Source of the DNA: Armatimonadota bacterium
Lineage (GTDB): Bacteria; Armatimonadota; SYMT01
Direction of reading: 5' to 3'
DNA: 64,000 nt
NCBI GenBank assembly: GCA_041690135.1
Contig: JAWLHY010000012.1
Location: 128,001-192,000 of the forward strand
Each line of letters opens with the position of its first letter. Position 1 is the first letter of the stretch. Under the pieces are notes generated by a model. The model saw nothing but the letters and a program-made list of their open reading frames with translations. It had not been told where the DNA came from and searched no databases. Positions 31,846 through 42,067 of the stretch are shown piece after piece. The position numbers were made by a program, and so were the translations under genes.

Positions 31846-34800
31846 CTAATGGTCTAGGGTGTGGCGGACGAGGCGGAGGAGCTCCGCTTTGCCGAAAGGC
31901 TTGTGAAGGAGGGCGGGCTCCGAGAGCCACTGGCCCTGCCGGAGTACGGTATCGTCTGTATAACCCGTCATGTAGATGACGCGCAGGCCAGGAAGGCGGG
32001 ACTGGAGTGTTTCAGCCGTCTCGCGACCCGAGAGCCCTCCGGGCATCACCAGGTCTGTAAGGAGCAGATCGATACTCGCCGCGGAGTCAGTGGTTGCACG
32101 CTCTGTGTTCCGGTGCCGATTGGTAGCCAGTTCGACGGCCTCCGGTCCGCTCCCTGCCGAGAGCACGCGATATCCAGCCCCCTTCAGCATCTGCGCGAGG
32201 AGCGCCCGAACCGCGGGTTCATCTTCTACCAACAAAACGGTCTCGGAGCCACGCCATACTTCTTCCGGTAGGTCCTGGCTAGCGGGCGCTGGTGTTTCCG
32301 CCAGCGCTTTGGGGAACCAGAGGCGAAAGGTGGACCCCCGGCCGGGTGCGCTTTCAACCGTGATGTACCCACCCGACTGCCGCACGATCCCGTACACGGT
32401 GGAGAGGCCAAGACCAGTGCCGCGGCCCAACTCCTTCGTGGTGAAGAAGGGCTCCCAAATGTGCTCGAGCACTTCGGGCGGCATCCCGATCCCGGTATCT
32501 TCAACCCAGACCTCCACGTAAGAACCACGCGGTAACTGAATCTCACCGGGGGAACGCTCGTCGTGGAGGCGCAGGTTGCGAGCCCCCAGGGTGATACGGC
32601 CTCCATTCGGCAGCGCATCCCGGCTGTTGACCACCAGGTTCAGCAGCACCTGCTCTATTTGTCCCGGGTCGGCGCGTATCTCCCCGACATCGGGAGCAAG
32701 GCAAGTGTGCAGCTCAATGTCCTCGCCAATCAGCCGGCGAAGCATGCTCTCGATACCCACCAGCAAATCGCGGACGGAGAGGAGCCGAGGTTGAAGTAGC
32801 TGCTTCCGGCTGAACGCCAGAAGCTGGCGGGTGAGGCCCGCGGCACGCTCTCCGGCCCGGCCGATTTCGAGCATTCCTTCGCGAGCGAGATGGTCGTGTG
32901 GGAGGCGGTCGGCAATGAGGCTGGAGTAGCCGTTGATTACGGCGAGCATGTTGTTGAAGTCGTGAGCTACTCCACCGGCCAGGCGTCCTACGGCTTCCAT
33001 TTTCTGGGCCTGCAGCAACTGCGACTGGAGGCTGTGCCGCTCGCGTACGTCCCGCGCGGTGCCCGTAACACCGACTACCTGCTCTTGTTCGTAAATGAGC
33101 CTACTGCTAACTTCGAGCGGAAGGCGGGTGCCATCGCGGCAGACCACTTCCACCTCATACGTGGTTTGGCCGCCCTTTTGGCCTCCGGAGCCGACGAGTT
33201 TCCTCCGGGTCATCTCACGAGCGACGGCCAGGTACTCGGGGGCAATGAGCTGGTCGGCCGACATCGTCAGGATTTCGGCGCGGGTAAAGCCGGTGAGTTC
33301 TTCACCTTTGCGATTCCAGTCGGTGAACCGACCATCCAGATCGTGGCTATAGACCACGTCATTGGCGTTGTCGAATAGCTCGCGGTACCGCTCTTCGCTA
33401 CAGCGCAGGGCAGCCTCCGCGGAACGACGCGCGGAAATATCCTCGTGCACTCCCACGAAGTGGGTTAAATGACCGGTGGCGCTCAGGACGGGGGCGATGG
33501 AGAGCCGAGCCCAATAGGCGGTTCCGTTCCTCCGGTAGTTCAGGATATCGGTACTCACAGCCTGCCGTTCCCGGACCGCTTCTCGCAACAACCGGCACGC
33601 CTGCGGGTCGGTTTCGGGTCCCTGCAGGAAACGAGGGTTCCGCCCCAGGACCTCCCACCGATCATAGCCAGTTTGCGCGGAGAAGGCCCGGTTGACGTAG
33701 ATGATCGGGTGATCTTCCCGGCGGGCATCGGTGATGAGAATCCCCTGTCCGATGGCTTCTATGGCGCGCTCCCGCAGATGGAGCGTGCTCTCCAGCCAGA
33801 CCTGCTCCGTAAGGTCGGTGGCAAGGCAGAGGATATCTCCCGTGTCGCCAAGCTCGGCAGTCTCTCCAGTCTCTCCAGTCTCTTCCCCTACCCTGCTCTG
33901 CGGTTCTGCCGCCAGGGAAGTGAGCGAGAGGGAGATGGTCACCTGGGTACCATCCTTGCGGTGCGCCGGCAATTCGAGGCCGGAGACGGCACCGCAAGCG
34001 GAGGCCTCCGCCAGGCACGCCGCGAAGGTCTCCGCCTCCGCACCGGAAAACAGTGGAAGCGATTGTCCCTCGATCTCGGCGGCCGACCAACCGAAGAGCT
34101 TCTGCGCAGCGCGGTTCCAGAGGCGGACTGTTCCTTTGGCGGTGAGGGAGAAGATCGCCAGCGGCGAGGCCTGAAACAGGGCGGAGAGAAGGTCGTGCGT
34201 CTGCCGCAACCTGGCCTCGCCGGCAGATCGCTCCAGATGGCGACTAAGACTTTCCGCCACTGTGAGGAATCCCTCCCGATCCGAGGGAGAGAGGGGACGG
34301 CGGGCCAAGAGGGCCACATAGCCGAGTAGTTGCTCCTCCGCGTACAGGGGATAGCCGGCATAGGCGTGGAGGCCCTCCCGAGCGGCCCACTCCCCGTCGA
34401 TGATGGCCGTCTCCGTCTGCACCCGGTCCGAAATACGCGGCGCCCAGCCGGCTTCCGGCGGTAAGAGTAGTGGCTGGGGAAGGCGTTGTTGTTCGGCATC
34501 CCGGTGCCCATGCAATCCCGCGCTCGCCTGGAGGCAGAAGTAGCCGTCGGAGTCCACCGTCCAGACCCGCGCTTGTTCGGCATCGAGATAGCGCACCAGG
34601 AGCTCCGCGCCCTCTTGCAGGGCGTCTGCCGGCAACCGCTTGCGGGCCAGAGCGGTCGCGAGATCAGCACGCAGGGCCAGGAGACGGGCTCTCTGTTCGG
34701 AATGGCGGATGCGCAGGAGCGCTCGCACATGGGCGACCAACTCCTCCGGCTCTACCGGGGTTATCAGGTAGGCATCCGCCCCGCCCTGGAGGCCTTCCAC

Positions 34801-35085
34801 GCGATCCGCGGTGCGCGTGAAGGCAGCGGAGTACATGAGGACCAGTGGGGGCGCTACCGCCGGCAGTGCCTTGAGGCGGGCGCACACCGCATGCCCAGTG
34901 AGATCCGGAAGCTGGACATCGAGCAGTACCAGGTCGGGCTGTACCTGCCATGCCAACTCCAAACCCGCCTCGCCGGAACGGGCTTCCAGGACTTGAAATC
35001 CGGCCCGTTCGAGGATTCGCCGCTGCCAATAACGGCTGGCATCCTCATCATCGATCAAAAGGATCGGCGGTCCCAGTTCAGCCAT
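31846..35085 (-). CDS. Hybrid histidine kinase (REC-GAF-PAS-LOV-like PAS-PAS-HisKA-HATPase-REC)
   Basis: N- and C-terminal REC domains, [31 protein letters not shown]. Confidence 0.93.
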   Translation of the reverse strand: MAELGPPILLIDDEDASRYWQRRILERAGFQVLEARSGEAGLELAWQVQPDLVLLDVQLPDLTGHAVCARLKALPAVAPPLVLMYSAAFTRTADRVEGLQGGADAYLITPVEPEELVAHVRALLRIRHSEQRARLLALRADLATALARKRLPADALQEGAELLVRYLDAEQARVWTVDSDGYFCLQASAGLHGHRDAEQQRLPQPLLLPPEAGWAPRISDRVQTETAIIDGEWAAREGLHAYAGYPLYAEEQLLGYVALLARRPLSPSDREGFLTVAESLSRHLERSAGEARLRQTHDLLSALFQASPLAIFSLTAKGTVRLWNRAAQKLFGWSAAEIEGQSLPLFSGAEAETFAACLAEASACGAVSGLELPAHRKDGTQVTISLSLTSLAAEPQSRVGEETGETGETAELGDTGDILCLATDLTEQVWLESTLHLRERAIEAIGQGILITDARREDHPIIYVNRAFSAQTGYDRWEVLGRNPRFLQGPETDPQACRLLREAVRERQAVSTDILNYRRNGTAYWARLSIAPVLSATGHLTHFVGVHEDISARRSAEAALRCSEERYRELFDNANDVVYSHDLDGRFTDWNRKGEELTGFTRAEILTMSADQLIAPEYLAVAREMTRRKLVGSGGQKGGQTTYEVEVVCRDGTRLPLEVSSRLIYEQEQVVGVTGTARDVRERHSLQSQLLQAQKMEAVGRLAGGVAHDFNNMLAVINGYSSLIADRLPHDHLAREGMLEIGRAGERAAGLTRQLLAFSRKQLLQPRLLSVRDLLVGIESMLRRLIGEDIELHTCLAPDVGEIRADPGQIEQVLLNLVVNSRDALPNGGRITLGARNLRLHDERSPGEIQLPRGSYVEVWVEDTGIGMPPEVLEHIWEPFFTTKELGRGTGLGLSTVYGIVRQSGGYITVESAPGRGSTFRLWFPKALAETPAPASQDLPEEVWRGSETVLLVEDEPAVRALLAQMLKGAGYRVLSAGSGPEAVELATNRHRNTERATTDSAASIDLLLTDLVMPGGLSGRETAETLQSRLPGLRVIYMTGYTDDTVLRQGQWLSEPALLHKPFGKAELLRLVRHTLDH

Positions 35086-35350
35086 CCACTACCCCTACTC
35101 CTATCCCCCCAGAAGAAGATGACCGGAGGGGTGGGATATTGGTCGTTATAGCAGCAACCAGCAGGCAAATACAGCGAGAGGTAAACCACCAGGTCGGCAC
35201 TTAAAGATAACTTTTGTTTGAAATTGGGGTTGAGATTCGGACGGCTTCGGACTATTAGCGTGGTGGGAAAAGGCACTGGATAACGGCCGGCCGGACTGAC
35301 GGCTACCGCGTGGTCGTTAGCCGCCAAGAGCCTGGTGAAAGGAGAAGTGA

Positions 35351-35713
35351 ATGGAGCACAGCAAACAAATCGGTCAGCTCACAGCGGCATTGGGGATGGT
35401 TCAGGTTGAACTCGTGTACTCCGCGGGCGGAGATGACCCCTTTGAGCATGCTGGCGCGAGCGAGTTAGCCACGGTACTGCGAAGGGTAACCCCCGCGTTG
35501 AACCGGTACGGCCTGGCGGTAGTGCAGGGATTCGAGCCGGCGCCGGAGCGATACCTGAAGCTCGCTACCATGGTGATGCACCGGTCCGGGCAGTGGCTGC
35601 GTAGCACCGCGTTGACTCCCCTGGCGGAGGAGACAGTTGACGCGTTCGGCGCGGCGGCAACGGAGGCGCGGTGCCTGGGGTTGCTGACGGCCCTGGGAAT
35701 CTCGGACTGGTGA
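35351..35713 (+). CDS. ERF-family (phage single-strand annealing)-like protein, short/divergent
   Basis: ALxxxQ start, PALNRYGLAVVQ, LATMVMHRSGQWLRS, FGAAATEARCLGLLTALGI resembling the ERF G(S/A)AxTYARRY motif. Confidence 0.6.
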   Translation: MEHSKQIGQLTAALGMVQVELVYSAGGDDPFEHAGASELATVLRRVTPALNRYGLAVVQGFEPAPERYLKLATMVMHRSGQWLRSTALTPLAEETVDAFGAAATEARCLGLLTALGISDW

Positions 35714-35801
35714 GGGGTGAGTGGTGAGGGGAGGGCGGATCACGATCACGACTGCGATTCCGATTGGGATGGGTGTTCAGGGCAGGAAGGGAGGGGAACG
35801 G

Positions 35802-36242
35802 ATGAAGGGATGTGCGGGAAGAGGTGAAAGCCTGGGAGCGGGAGACGAGTGGGTGCGGACGGCGGATGGTCGCGGCAAGGGGCGGGAGCGGCAGGGCCAA
35901 AGCGGGGCGGGGCTGACGGCGCGGCAGGCGGAGGTGTTACGCGTACTGAGAGAGCACGTGCGGCTACACGGATGCGCGCCGACGATGCGCGAGATGATGG
36001 AAACACTCCAGGTGCGTTCCACGTGCACGGTGGCCCGGATGCTGGAGACGCTGCGCCGGAAGGGCTTTCTCAAGCAGACCCGGGCCTATGCGTACCGGAG
36101 TTACTGGCCGGCGGACCTGCCGACGTACGCGGAGTTGCTGGCCGAGCTAGAAGTCCTGCGATCCGGAGCCCGGGTTGGCGAATTGTCCGATCGGAGCGAG
36201 GGAGAGGCCAACATACGAGGCAGCCGGAATCAGGGGGGCTAG
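35802..36242 (+). CDS. LexA-type winged-HTH DNA-binding protein lacking the peptidase domain (start uncertain)
   Basis: LTARQAEVLRVLREHVRLHGCAPTMREMMETLQVRSTCTVARMLETLRRKGFL. Confidence 0.75.
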   Translation: MKGCAGRGESLGAGDEWVRTADGRGKGRERQGQSGAGLTARQAEVLRVLREHVRLHGCAPTMREMMETLQVRSTCTVARMLETLRRKGFLKQTRAYAYRSYWPADLPTYAELLAELEVLRSGARVGELSDRSEGEANIRGSRNQGG

Positions 36243-36294
36243 CGCGGTGAATTACTTTTTACCGCTACAAACGGACCAAGTGCGAGATGTGAAT

Positions 36295-36582
36295 ATGAGA
36301 GAAGCGATTGAGGGTGTGAGGAAGGGCTGTCGCCGGGAGGAAGCACCGAACGTGGAGAATGCAAGAGCCGTCGTGCGGCTACGAGAGGCGATCCACGTGT
36401 CGCAGGTGGAACTTGCCCAGCAGGCGTCCCTGTCACGAATGACACTGGCGCGTATCGAAAGCGGAGAGCGATCCATTTCGGCGCAGGAGTGGCGTGCGTT
36501 GTTGAAGGCTCTGGATGGGTTGAATCGTCGCCGGCAGCGGGAGTTTGCCCAGGTGCTGCGGGAGGTAGGGAGTTCGATCTAG
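36295..36582 (+). CDS. XRE-family HTH transcriptional regulator
   Basis: LREAIHVSQVELAQQASLSRMTLARIESGE. Confidence 0.8.
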   Translation: MREAIEGVRKGCRREEAPNVENARAVVRLREAIHVSQVELAQQASLSRMTLARIESGERSISAQEWRALLKALDGLNRRRQREFAQVLREVGSSI

Positions 36583-36889
36583 TACGGCACAATGGCCTCG
36601 CAGATTCCACTTCGCTCTCGCGGGGTACCGGAGCCGCACTCCACACGGCACGACAGGTGCAAGACCACAGCCAGGCGGAGGCGGGCTGGTGGTGCCGGAC
36701 GTGCAGGAACGGGTTGGCGCGGTCCGGGTTTGGGGCGAAGGGGCAGAGGGTAAGGGAGGGCTGTCTGGCGAAGAAGCACGGCCGCCCTGCAAAGGTGGCC
36801 GTGAGGAGAACCGTGGCCGCCTCTACCGGAGATTGGGTGGAGGCGGTGTTTTCTTGTACGTCGGACGAGGAGCGTTCTGCAAAGGGTGG

Positions 36890-37120
36890 TTGTAGGTTTG
36901 CACGTTGGAAAGTTTGCAGGTTGGAAGGTTGGGGATCCTGGGGTCTGCAATGGGTACGGTTTGGCGTGAGATGGGAGCTGAGTTGGCAGCCCCCCTCGGG
37001 GGCCAGGGGTTGGCAGGTTGGCAGGTTGACAGGTTGCAGGTTGGAGGTTGAAAGTTGAAGTCCCCTCGGGGGCCAGGGGTTGGCAGGTGGAAGGTGGAAG
37101 GTTGGTAGGTTGAAGGTTGA
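36890..37120. repeat. Degenerate heptamer/octamer array (AGGTTGA/AGGTTGGC) with two CCCCTCGGGGGCCAGGGG units
   Basis: Read directly; similar arrangement at 18703-18810. Confidence 0.7.
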
Positions 37121-37141
37121 ACCTGACGTGGGGGGCAGGGG

Positions 37142-40100
37142 TTAGGGATGTGGGGTTTCGGCTTTGGAAGGGTGCTCTGGGGTGGGGTGGTGGGGTTGAG
37201 GGTGGGGGCAGTAGCGGGCGAGGGTGTGGAGGAGCTGGGGTAGGTCGATCGGTTTGGGGAGGCACTCCGTGGCGCCGAGCTTCAGCATCTGCTCCCGGCA
37301 GTGCTCCGCGGCGGTGATGACGATGACCGGCACCTGGGAGAGGGCGATGTCTTCCTGGCGCTCGCCGAGGAAGGTCCAACCATTCATCACCGGCATCATC
37401 AAGTCCAGGAGGATGACGGCGGGCGGTGGGCTCGTGCGCAGGTAGTTGAGGGCGACCTGACCATCGGACGCGGGGACGACACGGTAGCCCTTCTCGCGCA
37501 GTACTTCCGCCAGGCTTTCCCGGACGTCGGGGCTGTCTTCCACGAGGAGGAGGCAGGCGGGAGGCGTGGTCTCGGACGGCGCTTCGGAGGGTGAGTTATC
37601 CCCAAGCGTATCTCCGGCCGACGCTGCTCCGAGGAGCCGGACCAGATGATCGGGTTCCACGGGCTTGACCAGGTGGTGGTCGAACCCCGCTTCTCGGGTG
37701 CGGAGGGTGTCCTCCGCCTGCCCGTAGCCGCTCACCGCGATCAGTTGGAGCCCGGCCGTGGCCGGGTCGCGGCGGAGAACTGCGGCGACATCGTAGCCAC
37801 TGATGCCGGGCAGGCCGATATCGCACAGCACCACGTCGGGACGAAAGCTCCGGACCAACTCGAGGCCGCGCTCGCCGTCCAGGGCGACCTCCGACTCGTG
37901 CCCCAGCAGCTCCAGAAGATCCAGAAGCGTTTCCGCGGTGTCGCGGTTATCTTCGATCACCAGCACGCGGCGACGGCGCGCAACGGCAGGTGTTTTCATC
38001 CCCGTACCGGGCGTGGCAGACGTGGCAGGTGCGGGTTCGCGCGGCAGCCGGAGGGTGAACTCGGCACCGCGCCCCGGGCCTTCGCTGGCGGCCCGCACCT
38101 CCCCACCGTGCATCTCCGCGAGGCCCCGGACGAGGGCGAGCCCCAGCCCCAGCCCGCCCTGGCTGCGGGCGAGGGTACGGTCGGCCTGGGAGAAGGCGTG
38201 GAAAAGGCGGGGAAGCATCTCCCGCTCAATGCCGATGCCGGTATCCCGTATGGTGAGAACGGCCCAGTAGTCGTTCTCGGGATGCAGTTTCAGTGTGATC
38301 GTGCCACCGGGGTCGGTGAACTTGAGCGCGTTGTGCAGCAGGTTGCCGATCGCCTGAGCGAGCCGGGTGGGATCGCCTCGTACCCACAGCGGCGCCTCCG
38401 GCAACTCGACTCGGAAGGTGAGCCCGGCCTGTTCCAGCGGGGGCTGGTGGTCTTCCACCACGGATTGCACCAGGGCACGGAAGTCGAGTAACTCGAACCG
38501 CAGCAGCAGTTTGCCTTGGGCGATGCGACTGACGTTCAGGAGATCGTCGATGAGGCGCGCCTCATGCTGTACCTGACGTTTGATCGTATCCACGGCGCGC
38601 CGCAGGCGAGGGTCGGGCAGGTCGGAGAGGGCGAGGACCTGTACGGCGTTGCGGATCGGGGCGAGGGGATTGCGCAATTCGTGGCCCAGCATCGCCAGGA
38701 AGTGGTTCTTGTTTTCGTCCGCCAGGCGCAGATCCCGGAAGAGGCGAGCGTTATCCAGCGCCAGTGCGGCCCGCCGGGCCAACTCCTCCGCCAGGGAGAG
38801 GTCTTCCGGCCCATAGCGGCGGTTCGGGCGGCTCGACACCAGCGTGAGCGCGCCGAGGACCCGCCCGCGGGCCGCGAGTGGTACACAGAGATAGGAGCGA
38901 GGCCCAAGCTGGCGCACGACCTTTTCGTGTTCCGGGTCGCGCGCGATCTCCAGCAGTTTTGTTTCCGGAACCTCCGCCTGCAACAGCGGCCGGCCGGAGC
39001 GGATGACGCGGGCGCTGGGATTTTGGGATTGCAGGTCGGGCGGATAACGTCGCAGCACCGCCGCCAGGCCCTGGTGTTCGTGGGCCTGACTGACCGCCAC
39101 CCGGCGGGGCGGACCCTCCGGTTCGAGCACGTCCACCAGGCACCAGTCGCCGAGAAAAGGGACGACCTGGCGGGCCATTTGCTCCAGGACCGCTTCGTAG
39201 TCCAGCGAACTGGTGAGCACGCGGCTGACTTCCGCCAGGAACTCCAGGCGCCGTTCCGCCGTTTCCGCTCGCTCGCGCGCATGGCGTTCGTCTTCATAGA
39301 CGCGGGACTGATCGAGAGCGAGCGACATCGTTTCGGCGATGAGCTCCAGAAGATGAGCTTCCTCGTCGCTGAAGCGACGCGGCTGGAGACTGCCGAGGGA
39401 GAGGACGCCGATGAGCGCTCCCCGGAGGAGAAGGGGTGCTCCCATCACGGAGATCACGCCCCGCCGACGCCGCACCTCCGTACAAAGATCCCGGGGATCG
39501 ATCCGCTCCCGGCGGAGCAGACGGCGTTCGACAGCGACCTGTCCCGCGAAACCCTGACCGAGGGGAGTCCTCCAACCGAGGTCGTCTTCGGCTTCCAGGC
39601 CCGCGGAAGCGTGGGCCACTAATTCGTCTCCCTCGCAGAGGAGCAGCGTGGCGGTGTCGACCTCCAGCACCTCACAGACGCGGTGCAGCATCTCCTGCTG
39701 GACCTCCGCGAGGGGGAGGTGGCCCAGGGCCGCCTCGGTGACCCGCTGCCGACGCTCGAGCCGGCGCGAAAGGAGCTCCGCTTCCGCACGGGCCGTTTGC
39801 TCGCGGACCAGCAGCCGATCTCGCTCCTCCTCTTCCCGGTGGCGCCCAGAAATGTCCGTGACGGCACCCAGAACGCGCACGACCCGTCCCTGTTTATCCC
39901 GCACTCCGTAGGCCCGATCGGAGACGACCGCATAGGAGCCATCGCGGCGCCGGAAGCGGTACTCCATCGACCAGTTCGGACCTCCCGCGCGGAACCAGGC
40001 GTGGAGCCTCTGGAGGACCCGATCGCGATCCTCGGGGTGGATCCGTTCCTCCCACCAGGCGAACTGCGTGCCGGCTTCAGAGAGCGGGTAGCCGAACACC

Positions 40101-41113
40101 GGCTCCATGGCGCCATCCCACAGCCCACGGTCGGGCACCATGTCCCAGTCGTAGAGGACCTCGTGGGTGGCCTGGGTGACGAGGCGGGTCCGCTCGCGGT
40201 CGCGGCGCCACTGCTGCTCCGTCTGCTGGCGCTGGACGAACTGGCCGATGAGGATGCCGAGCGCGGCCGTGGTGCGCACCAGGTCGTCGTCCGGTTCCTG
40301 GACGACGCGACTGAAGAATTCGACCACGCCGTAGCAGCGATCCCCCAGCGCCAGCGGGAAGGCAAAGACGGCGCGCAAACCCGTTTCCGCCAGCAATTGC
40401 AAACGGCGGAACTCGGTGGCACGGGTGAGGTCCGGGATCCAGCGCGGCCGGCCGGTCGCATAGACCGTACCGATGAGCCCTTCTCCAGGATGGGAGGCGA
40501 GTCCCCGGTTGATCTCATCCACGGAATTACATCCGGCGGAGGGGGAGCGCCAGAAGGCTACGCAGCGGAGCTCTTCCTGGCGGCCCCGGGGCAGCCAGAA
40601 GGCGCCGCAATCCCAGGGGGCGAGGCGAGAGAGCGTTGCCAGCAAAGCCGGAGCGGCCTTGGTCACGGATCGAGCTTCGGCCAGGATCGCGGCGACGGAC
40701 TGGTGCACGCCCCGGCGCAACTCGGCGTGGTACTGGGTGGTGATATCTCGGAAGGTAGCTACCGCCGCGAGAATCTGCCCGGCCGCACCGCGAAGAGGGA
40801 TGACATTCGCCTCGACAACCAGGCGGGTGCCATCCGGCCGCTCCACGACCATCCGGCCATCCCGGATCGGTTCACCGGTGCGCAGCACGGCGGCCATAGG
40901 GCAATCGGCGTGCGGGATGAGTTTGCCGTCCAGGTCATAGAGGCGCACCGAACCGCAGTAGACCTCCGCCGTGTCGCCCAATTGCGGCTCCCGACCCCAG
41001 AGTTCGACCGCCCGGCGGTTGAACCGCAATAGGCGACCCGACGGCGCCTCGCAGAGGTAGGCCGCCACGGGAAGGAGATCGATGAGCTGGCTGTCCAGGT
41101 CGGTCAGTCGCAT
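37142..41113 (-). CDS. Hybrid histidine kinase (PAS-GAF-PAS-GAF-GAF-HisKA-HATPase-REC-REC)
   Basis: HFLAMLGHELRNPL, NALKFT, DTGIG, two C-terminal REC domains. Confidence 0.93.
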   Translation of the reverse strand: MRLTDLDSQLIDLLPVAAYLCEAPSGRLLRFNRRAVELWGREPQLGDTAEVYCGSVRLYDLDGKLIPHADCPMAAVLRTGEPIRDGRMVVERPDGTRLVVEANVIPLRGAAGQILAAVATFRDITTQYHAELRRGVHQSVAAILAEARSVTKAAPALLATLSRLAPWDCGAFWLPRGRQEELRCVAFWRSPSAGCNSVDEINRGLASHPGEGLIGTVYATGRPRWIPDLTRATEFRRLQLLAETGLRAVFAFPLALGDRCYGVVEFFSRVVQEPDDDLVRTTAALGILIGQFVQRQQTEQQWRRDRERTRLVTQATHEVLYDWDMVPDRGLWDGAMEPVFGYPLSEAGTQFAWWEERIHPEDRDRVLQRLHAWFRAGGPNWSMEYRFRRRDGSYAVVSDRAYGVRDKQGRVVRVLGAVTDISGRHREEEERDRLLVREQTARAEAELLSRRLERRQRVTEAALGHLPLAEVQQEMLHRVCEVLEVDTATLLLCEGDELVAHASAGLEAEDDLGWRTPLGQGFAGQVAVERRLLRRERIDPRDLCTEVRRRRGVISVMGAPLLLRGALIGVLSLGSLQPRRFSDEEAHLLELIAETMSLALDQSRVYEDERHARERAETAERRLEFLAEVSRVLTSSLDYEAVLEQMARQVVPFLGDWCLVDVLEPEGPPRRVAVSQAHEHQGLAAVLRRYPPDLQSQNPSARVIRSGRPLLQAEVPETKLLEIARDPEHEKVVRQLGPRSYLCVPLAARGRVLGALTLVSSRPNRRYGPEDLSLAEELARRAALALDNARLFRDLRLADENKNHFLAMLGHELRNPLAPIRNAVQVLALSDLPDPRLRRAVDTIKRQVQHEARLIDDLLNVSRIAQGKLLLRFELLDFRALVQSVVEDHQPPLEQAGLTFRVELPEAPLWVRGDPTRLAQAIGNLLHNALKFTDPGGTITLKLHPENDYWAVLTIRDTGIGIEREMLPRLFHAFSQADRTLARSQGGLGLGLALVRGLAEMHGGEVRAASEGPGRGAEFTLRLPREPAPATSATPGTGMKTPAVARRRRVLVIEDNRDTAETLLDLLELLGHESEVALDGERGLELVRSFRPDVVLCDIGLPGISGYDVAAVLRRDPATAGLQLIAVSGYGQAEDTLRTREAGFDHHLVKPVEPDHLVRLLGAASAGDTLGDNSPSEAPSETTPPACLLLVEDSPDVRESLAEVLREKGYRVVPASDGQVALNYLRTSPPPAVILLDLMMPVMNGWTFLGERQEDIALSQVPVIVITAAEHCREQMLKLGATECLPKPIDLPQLLHTLARYCPHPQPHHPTPEHPSKAETPHP

Positions 41114-41619
41114 GGGGTGTCCGCCATAGGTCTCCGTCCTCGGTCTCGAGACGCACGCGCGCGCCGCTTCTTTTTACAGGCTACCCCGGAGGTGGGGTTC
41201 GCCACCCTGGCAGTTCCGTCCCGGGCCGCTTTCCACAGGACCTGGTTCAGGGCGTAGCCGGCCGGGGGGAGCGGGTTGGGCAGAAACTGCCCAAAGAGGG
41301 GCCTCTCGATGGCTAAATTCGCGCTGGTCGGACTATCTACCCAGCGGGAGGACCGCATCGCTCCCTGAGTCACGGCAGGGTCAGGGCTTTGTACCGCTGG
41401 TGAGACGTCGCGCTCACTGACCGTGACACAGGCAGCGGTGTTTTTGCGTTGCCGGCCGCTGAGAAGGGGCCAAATCTCTCGCAGACCCATACGGGTCCGA
41501 ATTGGAGCCGCCAAGACGCAAAGGAAGACGCATAAGGTGAGGAAAGTGCGGCCGGAGGGGCGTCCCTTCGACCGCTGTTTTTGTCTCTGAAGAGACGCCT
41601 GATGATCCGGAAATCGGAG

Positions 41620-41660
41620 GGGCAGGGCGGGCTGCGGAGCCTTCGCAGCCCGCCCTACCC
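41620..41660 (-). repeat. GTAG-type REP-like hairpin
   Basis: GGGCAGGGCGGGCTGCG-GAGCCTT-CGCAGCCCGCCCTACCC. Confidence 0.6.
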
Positions 41661-41666
41661 GTCTCA

Positions 41667-41830
41667 GAGCCTGTCTAAGAAATGGAGGAGCGGCCTGCAA
41701 CTGGCTGCGAGCCGGGCATGCGTTGTCGGGCCGCCAGGCACGGTCATGCTTCGAGAACGAGCCCGGCGTCCCTCCTAGCCTGCCCGGCTCTCGCTCAGTT
41801 TCGGCTTCGCTCCCATTCTTAGACAGGCTC
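41667..41830. mobile_element. 164-bp MITE with 15-bp terminal inverted repeats and TCA target-site duplication (IS5-family-like ends)
   Basis: TCA|GAGCCTGTCTAAGAA ... TTCTTAGACAGGCTC|TCA. Confidence 0.8.
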
Positions 41831-42067
41831 TCAGGTTCTTATCGGGGTGGCGACCCACCCCCAGGAAGCACGCCAGATCTACGCTCTCGGGGAGTCGGGA
41901 CAACTCTGGCGGTAAGGAGCAGCGCAGTGGCATCAGGAAGGAAGACAAACACCATTGACTGGCCCGCTTGGACCAGCGCCCCTCGGATTCGGCCCACCGG
42001 CGGAGCCAGTCATCCGCAGCACCGGACCCCAGAGCGGCCCGGTGCGACCTCTGCGAGGGGACCCGTG

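Noticed and set aside
35200-35340. tRNA or att site at the left edge of the phage-like region
   Set aside because: A hairpin is present, but I found no cloverleaf or T-loop consensus and no matching direct repeat.
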